Positions 1-10,618 of a stretch of 64,000 nucleotides of DNA are shown here, piece by piece. Both the position numbers and the translations under genes were made by a program. The stretch is taken from positions 17,343-81,342 of IMG/VR virus record IMGVR_UViG_3300035698_012707. The stretch is one strand, 5' to 3'. Source of the stretch: a virus. Each line of letters starts with the position of its first letter. Positions within the stretch are counted from its first letter, which is position 1. A model generated the notes under the pieces. That model was not told where the DNA came from and made no database searches. It saw nothing but the letters and a program-made list of their open reading frames with translations.

Positions 1-253
1 TATGTCGTCAAATGAGATAAGTATTATGGTACAAAGATTCTATAAAAATAATCCAGATAAAAGATATTTACCAATAGTAGATGTTGTTTTTGACGGATGT
101 AAATAGAACAATTTAGGTATAAGTTCTTTTATTTGCAAAATAATAGAAGATTATATGAAAAATGGTGTAGAAAGTAATCGAGAGCTGGTTCTTGATTACG
201 CAACATACACCTTGTTAACAAGGTAAGACCCAAAAAACAAAAGGAGGTAGACA

Positions 254-667
254 ATGATTACAGTCAAAGTCGCTCGTTTGGGAAACACAGTGCAGGAAGT
301 TGCACTCAATGAAGGTTCATCCGTTCAGGATGCTCTAACAGCTGCTGATCTCGCAGTAGACGGTGAGGATATTCGTATCAACTCATCAAACTCTAACCTT
401 ACAGATGTAGTACGTAATGGAGACATTATTACTCTTGTACCAAAGGTAAAGGGTGGACAAAAGCTCGTTAAGGTCGCAAGACTAGGTTCAACAGTGGAAG
501 AAGTTGCTGTTCCTAACGACGCTACAATTGAGTATGCTCTTGAAGCAGCCGATGTTGTAGTAGACAACGAAGACATCCGTTTGGATGGCCGCTCTGCAAG
601 TTTATCAGATAGTATTGGCAACGCGTCAATGATCACTATCGTTCCAAAGGTAAAAGGTGGTAAGTAA
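254..667 (+). CDS. Tandem ubiquitin-like (beta-grasp, ThiS/MoaD/Ubl-type) protein; two units each ending PKVKGG, plus one terminal Lys
   Basis: Internal duplication VKVARLG...LxAAD...EDIR...ITxVPKVKGG occurs twice (~68 aa each); strong RBS AAGGAGG; followed by E2-like and JAB genes. Confidence 0.85.
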   Translation: MITVKVARLGNTVQEVALNEGSSVQDALTAADLAVDGEDIRINSSNSNLTDVVRNGDIITLVPKVKGGQKLVKVARLGSTVEEVAVPNDATIEYALEAADVVVDNEDIRLDGRSASLSDSIGNASMITIVPKVKGGK

Positions 668-690
668 TATCCCCCCACAGTAAAAAATCC

Positions 691-726
691 GAGGGCGGTA
701 TGTGCAATGCATATCGTCCTCATTTT
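691..726 (+). terminator. Stem-loop after the Ubl gene (terminator/attenuator candidate)
   Basis: GAGGGCGGTATGT pairs with GCATATCGTCCTC (some G-U), followed by ATTTT. Confidence 0.5.
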
Positions 727-793
727 AAAGGAGTGTGATGCAAACAAAAATACATGTTGTATTAATGTTTTCAATATTTTAAAAGGAGGAGTA

Positions 794-1948
794 ATGAGCG
801 AAAAGAAAAAGTATCAAATAAAATACAGTGGAGATGGTACACCGTCAACAAAGGTGAAATCATCATATGATAAGTTGTTGCAAGAGCTTGCTAATGACTT
901 TGAAATAGACATAGAAGTTGTTACATGTCATGGAAAATATGACTATATACCCGCAGAATTAGACTTTGAAAAGTTCTACATATTTGCACAGTTAGTACCA
1001 GACGTTATAGCTTATAAGGGTAAAAAGTTGTCTAAACTTATGTTGGGCGATAAGGAAGTAACTGTAACTGGTGGTCAAACAGATAGCATGAAAATAGTCG
1101 GAGCTATGCCAAAAGATGCTACAGTTATAAATGATTCAAAAGGTGAAGCCTTAGCAATTGTATACGACGCATCCTTGTACATATTAAATGATTTTATTCA
1201 TTGTCATTCAAAGGATGAATTAGACAATAGTTTAGAAATATTTAAGTATATCGTTAACGAAGCAACTAAAACACCAGAACTATTGAAAGCACTTAAGTAT
1301 GGCACGGAAGAAAAAGGACGTAAGTCTTTAGAAATAGCGTTAAAGAAACAATACAAAGAAAGACTTAAGAAAGAAAAAGTATTACTTGATAGTTCAGAGA
1401 AACTTATAGATAATTATACTCAGGAACTTACAAAAGCAAGTAGAAAAATAATATCTACACAAAATATTATTAAAGCAATTCACAGCAATCTAGAAGATAT
1501 TCCAGAATCTCTTGAAAAGAAATGGAATTCTGCAAAAAAGCTAGAGAGTACACCAATATTTGAATCTGTTAGTTTCCAGAGAAATTCTGTAAAAGCTGTT
1601 ACGACTGAAATATTTGTAACAGAAAAGAAAGTAACATATCAAATGGGAAAATTTGAGATTGTCCTAGAATTCAATGGTAATATAAGAATAATGTCAATGT
1701 GGCCACAAAGAGGACCTTCGCAACAGCATCCTCACGTAAGTGCTGAAGGTCGTCCATGCTGGGGAAACCTCAGTGGAGAGTTACCAAAAAGGATAGCAGA
1801 AAGTGAATTTGACGTTGCATTTGTAGAGATACATACATTTCTATGTCATTATTCACAAGAAGGCGGTCCATATGCTAATATTAATCACTGGCCACAAGCA
1901 ACAGCAAAACAAATAGCTATGCTTAAAGCTGACAAAGTTAGAACGTAA
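794..1948 (+). CDS. Coiled-coil protein with C-terminal prokaryotic E2 (ubiquitin-conjugating-like) domain
   Basis: C-terminal HPHVSAEGRPCWGN matches the E2 HPN/H...Cys catalytic pattern; central heptad-rich segment; RBS AGGAGG before ATG 794. Confidence 0.7.
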   Translation: MSEKKKYQIKYSGDGTPSTKVKSSYDKLLQELANDFEIDIEVVTCHGKYDYIPAELDFEKFYIFAQLVPDVIAYKGKKLSKLMLGDKEVTVTGGQTDSMKIVGAMPKDATVINDSKGEALAIVYDASLYILNDFIHCHSKDELDNSLEIFKYIVNEATKTPELLKALKYGTEEKGRKSLEIALKKQYKERLKKEKVLLDSSEKLIDNYTQELTKASRKIISTQNIIKAIHSNLEDIPESLEKKWNSAKKLESTPIFESVSFQRNSVKAVTTEIFVTEKKVTYQMGKFEIVLEFNGNIRIMSMWPQRGPSQQHPHVSAEGRPCWGNLSGELPKRIAESEFDVAFVEIHTFLCHYSQEGGPYANINHWPQATAKQIAMLKADKVRT

Positions 1949-1958
1949 GGGGGAAGTA

Positions 1959-2939
1959 ATGGGAGAAATAACTACAAAAACAAAGTTCCAAGCTCTATAT
2001 ATTGACCCAGAATGTAAGAAAAAATTACAATACTGGGCAGATGCAGCCGTTGGAGAAGTTAGTGGTCTTGGTCTTGTAGACAATGAAGACGGAAGAATGG
2101 TGGTAAGAGAGGTCTACATCTTAGAACAGGAATGTTCAGGAGCAGACACAGAGCTTGATCCAGAGGCTATATCTAAGCTTATGATGGAAATTTTGCAAGC
2201 TGATAAAGATCCAGCCAAGTTAAAGTTCTGGTGGCATAGTCATGTTAATATGGGTTGTTTTTGGAGTGGAACTGATGATGAATGTGCTGAAACGTTAAGC
2301 AAAGAATTTGCATTCAGTACCGTAGTCAACAAGAAAGGCGAATCTAAAACAAGGCTTGATTTATATGAGCCGTTTAGAATAACTGTAGACAATATTCGTC
2401 TTATCGAGATAACTGCAGAAGATGAAAATCTTAAAAAACAATGCGAACAAGACGTAAAAGAAAAAGTAAAAACAAAATCATGGACAAGAAATTATAATCA
2501 ACATAATAATGGAAAAGGATACTATGATCAGAAAAAGTGGGATAACTTTGGAAGGTGTGGAAGCCCATATGAGGATCCATATGATTATGCTGAAACATCC
2601 AAAGTAAAGTTAAAAGACGACATAGTTGAAGACATTAAACTTCTTAGTGATCTTATATTTGATAACGGATTTTCAGCCATTGCGTTGAATAGCTTTATTT
2701 ATGATATAACAAATCAGGCCATAGAGAAGATATATGGTGATAAAGCAGAATGTAAGGATGGAATAGGAACATATTCCGAAAATGAAAAACTTTGTAAAAA
2801 ATGCAAGATATCAAAACAGTGTGAATTGTTGACAGATAAACTAAAGGAGCCATTGGATGAAAATGATACTTGTAGCGAACATAATAAGGAAGACATTTCC
2901 GAAGATAGTGTTGAAGTTATCGTCGATCCTGATAATTGA
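1959..2939 (+). CDS. JAB/MPN+ (JAMM) metallo-isopeptidase
   Basis: N-terminal GEVSGLG glutamate plus WWHSHVNMGCFWSGTD (HxH-x7-S-x2-D JAMM motif); C-terminal CxxC...C. Confidence 0.85.
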   Translation: MGEITTKTKFQALYIDPECKKKLQYWADAAVGEVSGLGLVDNEDGRMVVREVYILEQECSGADTELDPEAISKLMMEILQADKDPAKLKFWWHSHVNMGCFWSGTDDECAETLSKEFAFSTVVNKKGESKTRLDLYEPFRITVDNIRLIEITAEDENLKKQCEQDVKEKVKTKSWTRNYNQHNNGKGYYDQKKWDNFGRCGSPYEDPYDYAETSKVKLKDDIVEDIKLLSDLIFDNGFSAIALNSFIYDITNQAIEKIYGDKAECKDGIGTYSENEKLCKKCKISKQCELLTDKLKEPLDENDTCSEHNKEDISEDSVEVIVDPDN

Positions 2940-3280
2940 GGGTCTTTTTTTAGCAATAGATAAATATTTATTTCAACGGTTACGTAAGGAGCCAGAAATG
3001 ACAAAGAAAACAGAAAAAAATGAAAACGTATATTGTCAAATATGTTACTTGCAAAGTGACAATAGTCCAGATGTAAAGTTTCATTTATATGAAGAGGGTA
3101 CATTTTCATATCCAACCGAAATGCATATATGTCAAAAATGCTTAGACTGGGTAAATTTTATGAGAAAAATGGCATCTGAACAAGCAAAGTTTCCAGAAAA
3201 GGATTCATTTGAGAATTCTAATTGGTGGTGGCAACCTAAAAAAGAGGGTCATTCTGCAGCCGAAATGTGTGTAAAATAGG

Positions 3281-3309
3281 TTGAAAAAAAAATCCGTTTA
3301 TGGTATAAT
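3281..3309 (+). promoter_or_regulatory. Sigma70-type promoter
   Basis: TTGAAA-17 nt-TATAAT with TG extended -10. Confidence 0.7.
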
Positions 3310-3335
3310 ATTAATATAACCGGAGGAGGAATTTC

Positions 3336-3527
3336 ATGGTTAAAAGACCAAAAGAAAAGGTAGTTGGATGCGGAACATGTTTGTTTCGTGGAGGAGAACC
3401 TTATACAGATGAAACGTTAGATAAGGTTGAGAGAGTTTATTGCAAAGCTAGGAAGGTTGCAGTTGATGTCGAAATAATGAACAAGTTTTGCGACCACTTT
3501 CAGGTCAAACCGCAGGAGACGGAATGA
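3336..3527 (+). CDS. Small Cys-rich hypothetical protein
   Basis: CxxC...C...C; RBS GGAGG. Confidence 0.55.
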   Translation: MVKRPKEKVVGCGTCLFRGGEPYTDETLDKVERVYCKARKVAVDVEIMNKFCDHFQVKPQETE

Positions 3528-4198
3528 TAAAAGAATGTAAAAAATGTGGAGAAAATAAATCTCTTGACAGTTTTTACGTAGATAATTCGAAAAAAAACAA
3601 TATTTCGTCTTATTGTAAACTATGTGTGTTAGAGAAGCAAAAAACATATTATCACTATAAAAAAGGTAATATTGTGTTAAAAGAAAAAAGATGTAGTACC
3701 TGTGGTATTACAAAAAATACAACAGAGTTTCCAAAGAAAGCTAACGGAAAGTATGGAGTAGCATCAATTTGTCTTGTATGTCAGAGAAACTGGATGTCAG
3801 AATATTACAAGACTCCGGGCGCTAAGATTAAACAAAGAACAAGAGATGCCAAGAAGTTCTTAAAAAACATAGAATCATTATCAGAAAAAGAAAAAAGACG
3901 TAGATATAATAAAAATTTAAGCCTTAAACATCTTTATGGAATAACTTTATCTGAGTATGAGGGTATGTTAATAGAACAAAAGTTTAAATGTGCTATTTGT
4001 GGCACCAAAGTATCAGAGATACCATATAATGATCACTCAACTAAGAGAAAAGACACCTTATACGTAGACCATAATCACAAAACTGGTGAAATACGAGGTC
4101 TATTATGTGGCTCATGTAACGGCGGAATTGGGCAGCTTGGAGATAGCATATCAATACTTAGAAAAGCTATAAAATATTTAAGGAGAAATACATGTTGA
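3524..4198 (+). CDS. Endonuclease VII-type HNH homing endonuclease
   Basis: Repeated CxxC zinc motifs; YGITLSEY; CAIC; LYVDHNHKTGEIRGLLCGSCNGGIG. Confidence 0.85.
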   Translation: MIKECKKCGENKSLDSFYVDNSKKNNISSYCKLCVLEKQKTYYHYKKGNIVLKEKRCSTCGITKNTTEFPKKANGKYGVASICLVCQRNWMSEYYKTPGAKIKQRTRDAKKFLKNIESLSEKEKRRRYNKNLSLKHLYGITLSEYEGMLIEQKFKCAICGTKVSEIPYNDHSTKRKDTLYVDHNHKTGEIRGLLCGSCNGGIGQLGDSISILRKAIKYLRRNTC

Positions 4199-4755
4199 AG
4201 GACACGAACACTGTAAATGTGTCAGGTAAGATATTCTGGTCAAAGCTAGACAAAAAAGAGAAGTTTTCTATGTTACGACTTGGAGTCGACATAGGGGAAG
4301 GACGCTATAATAGGGTTTTTGTTACTATTTCTAATCCACATGAAAAATCTTACAAATTTGTTAAGAATGATAACCAGGTTATTATCTTTGGCGGATGGTT
4401 AGATGTGTGGAAAAAGAATGATGGTGAGTTAGAGCTTCAATTGAAGGCTTATGATTCTAACGCTCAGTTTTATGTGCCGGAAAAGGTAATACCACACTTA
4501 AATGAGGTTACTATATACGGTAATGTCACTAATTTTAGCGATGGTGAAGCAATAATAGACTGTATAGGTGGTAAAAACCCAAAAACTGGTGAATATACAC
4601 ATAGAACAATACCCATTCAAGTCGGAGACGAACTAGGTGACATTAGTAATAAGAAAATTATGATTAGAGGAACTCTTGGAACAGAGGAAATCGACGAAAA
4701 GAAATCAAAACTAAAGGTTTTTGTTGATTACGATAGAATTAACATATTAGGATAA
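4192..4755 (+). CDS. Tandem OB-fold SSB-like protein
   Basis: Two SSB-like starts (NTVNVSGKI, NEVTIYGNV), beta-rich. Confidence 0.5.
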   Translation: MLKDTNTVNVSGKIFWSKLDKKEKFSMLRLGVDIGEGRYNRVFVTISNPHEKSYKFVKNDNQVIIFGGWLDVWKKNDGELELQLKAYDSNAQFYVPEKVIPHLNEVTIYGNVTNFSDGEAIIDCIGGKNPKTGEYTHRTIPIQVGDELGDISNKKIMIRGTLGTEEIDEKKSKLKVFVDYDRINILG

Positions 4756-5645
4756 TTATGAGACTTGAATCAAAAACAAAAATAGGCGATGGAACGGTAG
4801 ATAGAATAATCTATGATGATATTTATGGTGCTAGTGAATTTTTTGAGCCTAAGATATGGATAGACACTTGGTCTAAAGATAAATTTTGGCTAAAAACAGC
4901 AGCAGGAGAAAAAATATCAGTTTCTAAGTTAGAATTAAAGCAATTGAACTTTAAAATAATAACTAGAAACGTAGGAACGCGGTCTAATAGGCTCTACAAG
5001 CATTTTATGACAGTAAATAGTCCAAGAAAAGCTTCAGAGAGAATACCACTACTTAGTATCGCAAGAAAACTTAATAAAGTATGGAAAAGGAGTATTAATG
5101 TCGAAGAACAATACAGACGAAGGTATCAATATGGATTCAGATTCTGGAATCCCGAAAAGTGAGAACTTAACAACAGATCAAAAGTTAGAGAATTTAGCTA
5201 GGAATTTATTTATATTACTTAAGAAGCAAGATGATATTAGCTTGGCTTTAGACAATGTATATATACAAGTAGCAACTCTGATAGAAATTCTCGCAGAACA
5301 TGAAAACATACTTAACCCTGATTTATGGGAAAAGAAGTTAAAAGAAGTAACAAAAAATATAAAAGACACCATGGAGGCAATGGAGAATGAAGCAGCAAAT
5401 GCTGGACAAGATAATGTCACAAATCCCGACGGGGCAGATGCGTCACAGGGAAGTGGAAAAATTATTACTCAAGATCATACAATCATTATACCAGGTCAGT
5501 AAAGAAGAAGGATATGCTTGGAGTGGTAATTTAATTGATGTCGGAGGAAGAATTGGTCTTTTAACCGAAACAGGGGAAATTGTAGAACTTGACTCTGTAC
5601 TTCCAAAAGGAGAAACCGGAAGGTTTATGCTGATATGGACACAAG

Positions 5646-6248
5646 ATGATAGTGAAAAACTTAAAAGAGAAGTATAATACATGCAATACGTGTGATAAAT
5701 GTATAAATGATTGCAAAGTATTTGGTTATGGAAATACAAACGCAGATTTAATGATAATAGGAGAGAGCCCCGGAAAAGATGAAGCAGAAGCTGGTGTTCC
5801 ATTTATTGGTCAGGCAGGTCAGCTGCTTGATAAAATATTAGCAGCAATAAACATAAAACGTGAAGATGTTTATTTTTCGAATACCATTCTATGTAGAACA
5901 AACGAAAAGGATCGAACCCCATCTTGGGATGAGATACAAAATTGTGCTGAAAGGTTGGACGAGGAGATAAATATCGTAAAACCTAACGTTATACTAATGG
6001 TCGGCAGCCAAAGCTTAAAGCGCTTTTTTGGCAAAGATTCCAAGGTGACTGAATGTCATGGGCGATGGTTTCTTGACTTCAAGCCTCCTTACGCACGATA
6101 CTTTTCGATAATGCATCCTTCTTGGGCTCTCCATAGTTCTACCCCTGGAGAGTTAAAGGCAAAGAAAAGAACTCTATGGGAAGATATTAAGCGTTTTTCT
6201 AACGATTTAGAAGTAGTTAACTTTGAACTAAGGAGAGAAAATGTATAG
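5646..6248 (+). CDS. Uracil-DNA glycosylase, family 4
   Basis: CxxC N-terminus; IIGESPGKDEAEAGVPFIGQAGQLLDKIL; MHPS. Confidence 0.9.
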   Translation: MIVKNLKEKYNTCNTCDKCINDCKVFGYGNTNADLMIIGESPGKDEAEAGVPFIGQAGQLLDKILAAINIKREDVYFSNTILCRTNEKDRTPSWDEIQNCAERLDEEINIVKPNVILMVGSQSLKRFFGKDSKVTECHGRWFLDFKPPYARYFSIMHPSWALHSSTPGELKAKKRTLWEDIKRFSNDLEVVNFELRRENV

Positions 6249-6696
6249 AGCAGGAGAGATAGTAACTTTAAATGTTGATAAGACAGAAGGAGCAGGAGAG
6301 AACTCTCTCAATGTGTCAGCAGGAATAACTGGAATGGTATTGAGCTATAGCAGAGCAAGCGGTTCATCAGATTATTCATATATAGTTGATTTTGGCCCGG
6401 AGGGTCAATGGAACTGTTATCATAATGAATTAGATGGATTAACACCTCATCAAGAATATGAAGAAGTATATGATGAAGACGAAGAAGAAGAAGAAGAAGA
6501 AGAAGACAACGAAGAAGTTGACATGCCTTCTCCGCGTGCAGAAGCTGCTGAAATTGACTGGGAAGCACCACCACCAGCGCCAGGATGGGACAATCCGCAA
6601 CCAAAAGCAAAAAAGAAAGTATCCTTTGAAGAGGATCTTAAAAGAATGATGAAAGATGCAGAGAAAAAGGAGAAAGCAAACAATGCCCCGTTTTAA
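6241..6696 (+). CDS. Hypothetical protein with poly-Glu tract
   Basis: ORF with RBS; SH3-like N-terminus, acidic linker. Confidence 0.55.
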   Translation: MYRAGEIVTLNVDKTEGAGENSLNVSAGITGMVLSYSRASGSSDYSYIVDFGPEGQWNCYHNELDGLTPHQEYEEVYDEDEEEEEEEEDNEEVDMPSPRAEAAEIDWEAPPPAPGWDNPQPKAKKKVSFEEDLKRMMKDAEKKEKANNAPF

Positions 6697-6894
6697 CAAA
6701 TCAAAAATGAAACACACAGTAAATGATCTAAAAACTGACGTAGAATCAGGAGAATTAACCTCTCCATCATGGTTATGGATATTAGCAGGAGGATGTTTAG
6801 GATTACTTGTATCTTGTATAGATTTTACAAAAAAGAACACAAAACCAATATTGGCTAAATTTAATAGGTCAAATAAACATGTGGGAGGAAATAA

Positions 6895-7344
6895 ATGAGT
6901 ATAAGAATTACTGGCATTGGTACGCTTACTAGAGATGCTGAAATGAACAAAACTGCAAAAGGTGCATGGGTCAAGTTTGGCTTAGCAACAAAAAGAAAGA
7001 ATACACCAGAAGGAATGCAAGATGTTGATTTCTTTGAAGCAAACTATTTCTTGAAAAACCCAGAATCTACTTTAATGAACTATCTTAAAAAAGGTACTAG
7101 TATATACATAGATAATGGAGAAATGCGTGCAGACCAATACGAAAAAGATGGTCAAAAAAGAACTATGAATAAAGTAATGATATTCGCGTTTGACTTGCTA
7201 AGCACTAATGCAAGCAGAAAAGCAGATAGAGAAGCAAACAAAGAAGAAAAAGCTGCTCCACTAGGTGCTCCACAGAAAAAAGAGCCACCTTTAACAGTTC
7301 AAGAAGATGCAGATGAAAACTATCCAGATGAAGTACCATTCTAA
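6895..7344 (+). CDS. ssb: Single-stranded DNA-binding protein
   Basis: GTLTRDAE OB-fold start, YLKKG, acidic tail ending DEVPF. Confidence 0.88.
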   Translation: MSIRITGIGTLTRDAEMNKTAKGAWVKFGLATKRKNTPEGMQDVDFFEANYFLKNPESTLMNYLKKGTSIYIDNGEMRADQYEKDGQKRTMNKVMIFAFDLLSTNASRKADREANKEEKAAPLGAPQKKEPPLTVQEDADENYPDEVPF

Positions 7345-8576
7345 CAGTATCACAGTGTGTAAGGAGATTAAATGTTTCACGCATCAGAAGAAAACAGATT
7401 GTATAATTTTACAAAAGGAACTCAAACAGACATAGACTTAAAATCAGGGAAAGATGCTGTAGATTTAAACATATTCCTAGATGATGTTAGCGAATGGATG
7501 GAGAAACACAAAGATGTTATAGTTGATAAATATCTTCCATTCTCATGTCTGGCTGTTGGGTTAGTGCCCTCTTATGCAAGTGCCTTTGTTTATGGTTGTT
7601 TTGTCGGCCGAGCTATGGAAAAGAAAAACATAATTGTCGAAGCAAAAAATGGTCCAATAGACCAAAAAAACATGACTAAGCAAATAAAAAACGATATAGA
7701 AAATCAAATGGGATGGTTAGAGGACGTTCTTAAGCATATAGAGAAAAGAGAAAAAGAGGATGATGTAAAAGATGACTAGATTTAATAACACCGTAACGCA
7801 AAAAATAATACGAAAGATTCATGTTATGCTTGGTGATGTTAAGACTGGTGAAGAAATCATAGATCACTTAAGGTCAACCGAACCAATATTTATGGAAGAA
7901 GTCGGAAGATTTGTTACAATAGAGTTAGATAAACTTAAAGATGATTCAGATAACGATGAGGAATTTCTTATGTATATAGGTTCTATAATTGGAGCTGCAT
8001 ACATAATGGGATTTCTTATTGCAAAAGAAATGGACCATCAAGTATACGATGGTCTTATAGACTTTAAGAGTTTGTTTGATGAACCTTCGAAAGAACCAAA
8101 AAATATTGACAAAATAATTGACACAAATCTTTCAAAGGGTAAAAAGCATAAGGAAATAGGTAACTTGCTTAAGAAGTATATTTCTAAAGAAACAAGAAAA
8201 GAGAAAAAAGAAGCTAAAAAACCTAAGAAACATAAAAAAACCAAAAGAATAGATATAGACTTTAATGAAGGAGAGTTATAATGGTTGAAAAAAGAGATAC
8301 AATTAGCGAAGAACAAGCGATTGCAAAAGCAAACACGTGGTTAGATCAAAAGAGATTTAATGAAGTTAAAGAAGAGGTTTACCAACGTGGTACGTTTACG
8401 GTTTATATAATTCATGCTGCTGCTGACGGTAAAGAATATGAAGGTGTTGGATTTTCTAAAGCACGTCCAGATATAACAATTGCGCAATATAAATCAGAGG
8501 TAGGCATAGATGTCGCCAAAGGAAGATCTATATATGATTTGTTTCAAGAATATCATAAAGAAAAAGGAGCAAAGTA

Positions 8577-8873
8577 ATGGCAAGCTTTAAGAAAGGCGTA
8601 GAAGTTTATTTACGAGATCAATATAATTCTCCATTTATTCCTGTTAGAAGGAGAAGGTATAAAGTAAGATCGTGTGGTAAAAAACAAGCAGTAGTAGATT
8701 ATATACCAGAAGACGGTCATCCAGCATACGGACGAGGTCAAGCATACTTCATCACACCAGTAGAAGAAGCAAGATCTAGATATGGCGACAGTGTTCCTAG
8801 GTATATTAAAACAAATTGGAACGAACATTTTGTATTGGCTGGAATGGATGGCTGGGACGCAGAGGAAAACTAA
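8577..8873 (+). CDS. Hypothetical protein ending WDAEEN
   Basis: Coupled ORF (TAATG overlaps); WDxxxN C-terminus. Confidence 0.6.
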   Translation: MASFKKGVEVYLRDQYNSPFIPVRRRRYKVRSCGKKQAVVDYIPEDGHPAYGRGQAYFITPVEEARSRYGDSVPRYIKTNWNEHFVLAGMDGWDAEEN

Positions 8874-10101
8874 TGAATGAATTAATAAGTACATTTAATA
8901 TACACGATTACCATTTTATATGGTATATACTATGTTTTATTGTCTGTCCACGAGTAGCATTAGCAGTATTGCTTTCAATATACTGTCCAATAGCTTTATT
9001 GTGGAAAGTAATAGCCTGGACAATCGTAGTGCTATCAGGCGTTAAAATAAACATATTAAGAGACAAATCTTAAGGAGAAATAATGGAAAATAGCATACTA
9101 GCAAATAATATATATGAAAGTGCAGTTATAGCATATGATGAAAACTCTGGTGGTTTTAATATAGACACTGGTAGCATGAATAGTTTGGGAGACACAAATA
9201 AATGGGACAATAATCCAATGACTATAGATAATTATTATCATAATTACTGGTATCCATATGTATACCCAACAGTTACGCTAATACCAGAAAAGAGTAAAAT
9301 AGAGGTAGCTTTTCAAATTCTTAATAAACTAATGAAAAAAGGAGTAGTCACAGTAAATAAAGTTAAAACTTTTGTTGACTTAGTTACTGAGATTGCAGAC
9401 TGTATATGAGTAAATATAATAGGTCCTATTATTGCAAAAAGCTTACCTGTGCTGTAAATCATTCTAACAAGGGCAAGAAAATGCATGGTAATGAAATTAA
9501 CTTTCATGACGACCTAGACTGGGAAGTTGTGAAAGATCAGGGGGTGTGGACGGATGTCTATTTCCAGTGCGGAGGTAGCTCCGTCTTCGCTTTTACTATT
9601 AATAGTTCATTTGCTGCCCGGGGATACATGACGGGATCTGTGCCGGAAGCCATAAGAAACAACGAGACAGGCTTATGGGACTTATATATTCACAAGAAAT
9701 ACATATCGCATGACGACGTTTGTAGAGCATGTAAAAAATGGATAGAATTACAGGCCCCTATTAAAGGTATAGTATGTGGCTGCAATGTTAATTTTAATGG
9801 TAAGAGATGTGGACATGTGTGGGCTCATGAACAGTATCCAAGAGAAGAGTATCTCTTTGATTTATATGATGATTATAAGGTGGCAGCCTTCTGTAATCCA
9901 GTTAAATTACATGAGGGAGGTATCTGCGGATGAAGATTATGGTAGAGATAGATATTAAAGCTGGTGATAATAAAAGCATAGCATCTGCTATGATTAGTGA
10001 GATTATAGCGGAAGGGTTAGACCATTCTGAAATAGACCCACTTATTACTAGGAATATTTCATGGATTTTTCCACATCAACAGACACAAAAAGGGGACTGC
10101 G

Positions 10102-10302
10102 ATGGCAATATATGATTATGAATGCGAACGATGCGGCAAAGTATTTCAACAAAACAGACCTATGTCAGAATCAAGTTTTTCAAGTAAGTGCCCGGTATGT
10201 GAAGTAGAGTGTAAAAGGATATTCACAGCGGCACCAGGTTTTATATTAAAAGGGAAGGGTTGGCCCGGAAAAGCAATTAAGGAGAAGAATGGAAATAAGT
10301 AA
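10102..10302 (+). CDS. FmdB-family zinc-ribbon protein
   Basis: MAIYDYECERCG...CPVC...F.LKGKGW. Confidence 0.85.
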   Translation: MAIYDYECERCGKVFQQNRPMSESSFSSKCPVCEVECKRIFTAAPGFILKGKGWPGKAIKEKNGNK

Positions 10303-10597
10303 AGTTAAACCACTAAATGGTTACATTATTGTTAAGGATAACAAAAGAAAGGAACAAACTACTGGAGGTATTTATATCCCAAAAAAAGCCAAGGATGACC
10401 ACATTGTCCATGGTACCATAGTTGAGACTAGCTCTTGGCGACTCAAGGATGGTACAATAATGAAACAAGAAGACGTCGCACCAGACGATCAAGTACTTTA
10501 TACTTTCACTGCAGGTGCAGGAAACGCGTGGGATGAGGAAGGAATTACCTACAGAGTTATTAAAACTGTAGAAATTCTTGCAAAACTAGTTGAATAA
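10289..10597 (+). CDS. groES: GroES-like co-chaperonin
   Basis: VKPLNGYIIVK, TTGGIYIP mobile loop, EILAKL end. Confidence 0.8.
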   Translation: MEISKVKPLNGYIIVKDNKRKEQTTGGIYIPKKAKDDHIVHGTIVETSSWRLKDGTIMKQEDVAPDDQVLYTFTAGAGNAWDEEGITYRVIKTVEILAKLVE

Positions 10598-10618
10598 ACA
10601 CGTTACACGTGTTATAAT
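10590..10618 (+). promoter_or_regulatory. Sigma70-type promoter with inverted repeat in the spacer
   Basis: TTGAAT-17-TATAAT with TG; AACACGT-tac-ACGTGTT palindrome between the hexamers. Confidence 0.6.

Noticed and set aside
1-106. Gene end upstream of the Ubl as the missing E1
   Set aside because: The visible residues (...QRFYKNNPDKRYLPIVDVVFDGCK) show no ThiF/E1 motif and are too short to call
6475-6516. GAA trinucleotide repeat
   Set aside because: Encodes the poly-Glu tract of 6241..6696; alternative-frame poly-Lys/Ser/Phe ORFs are shadows
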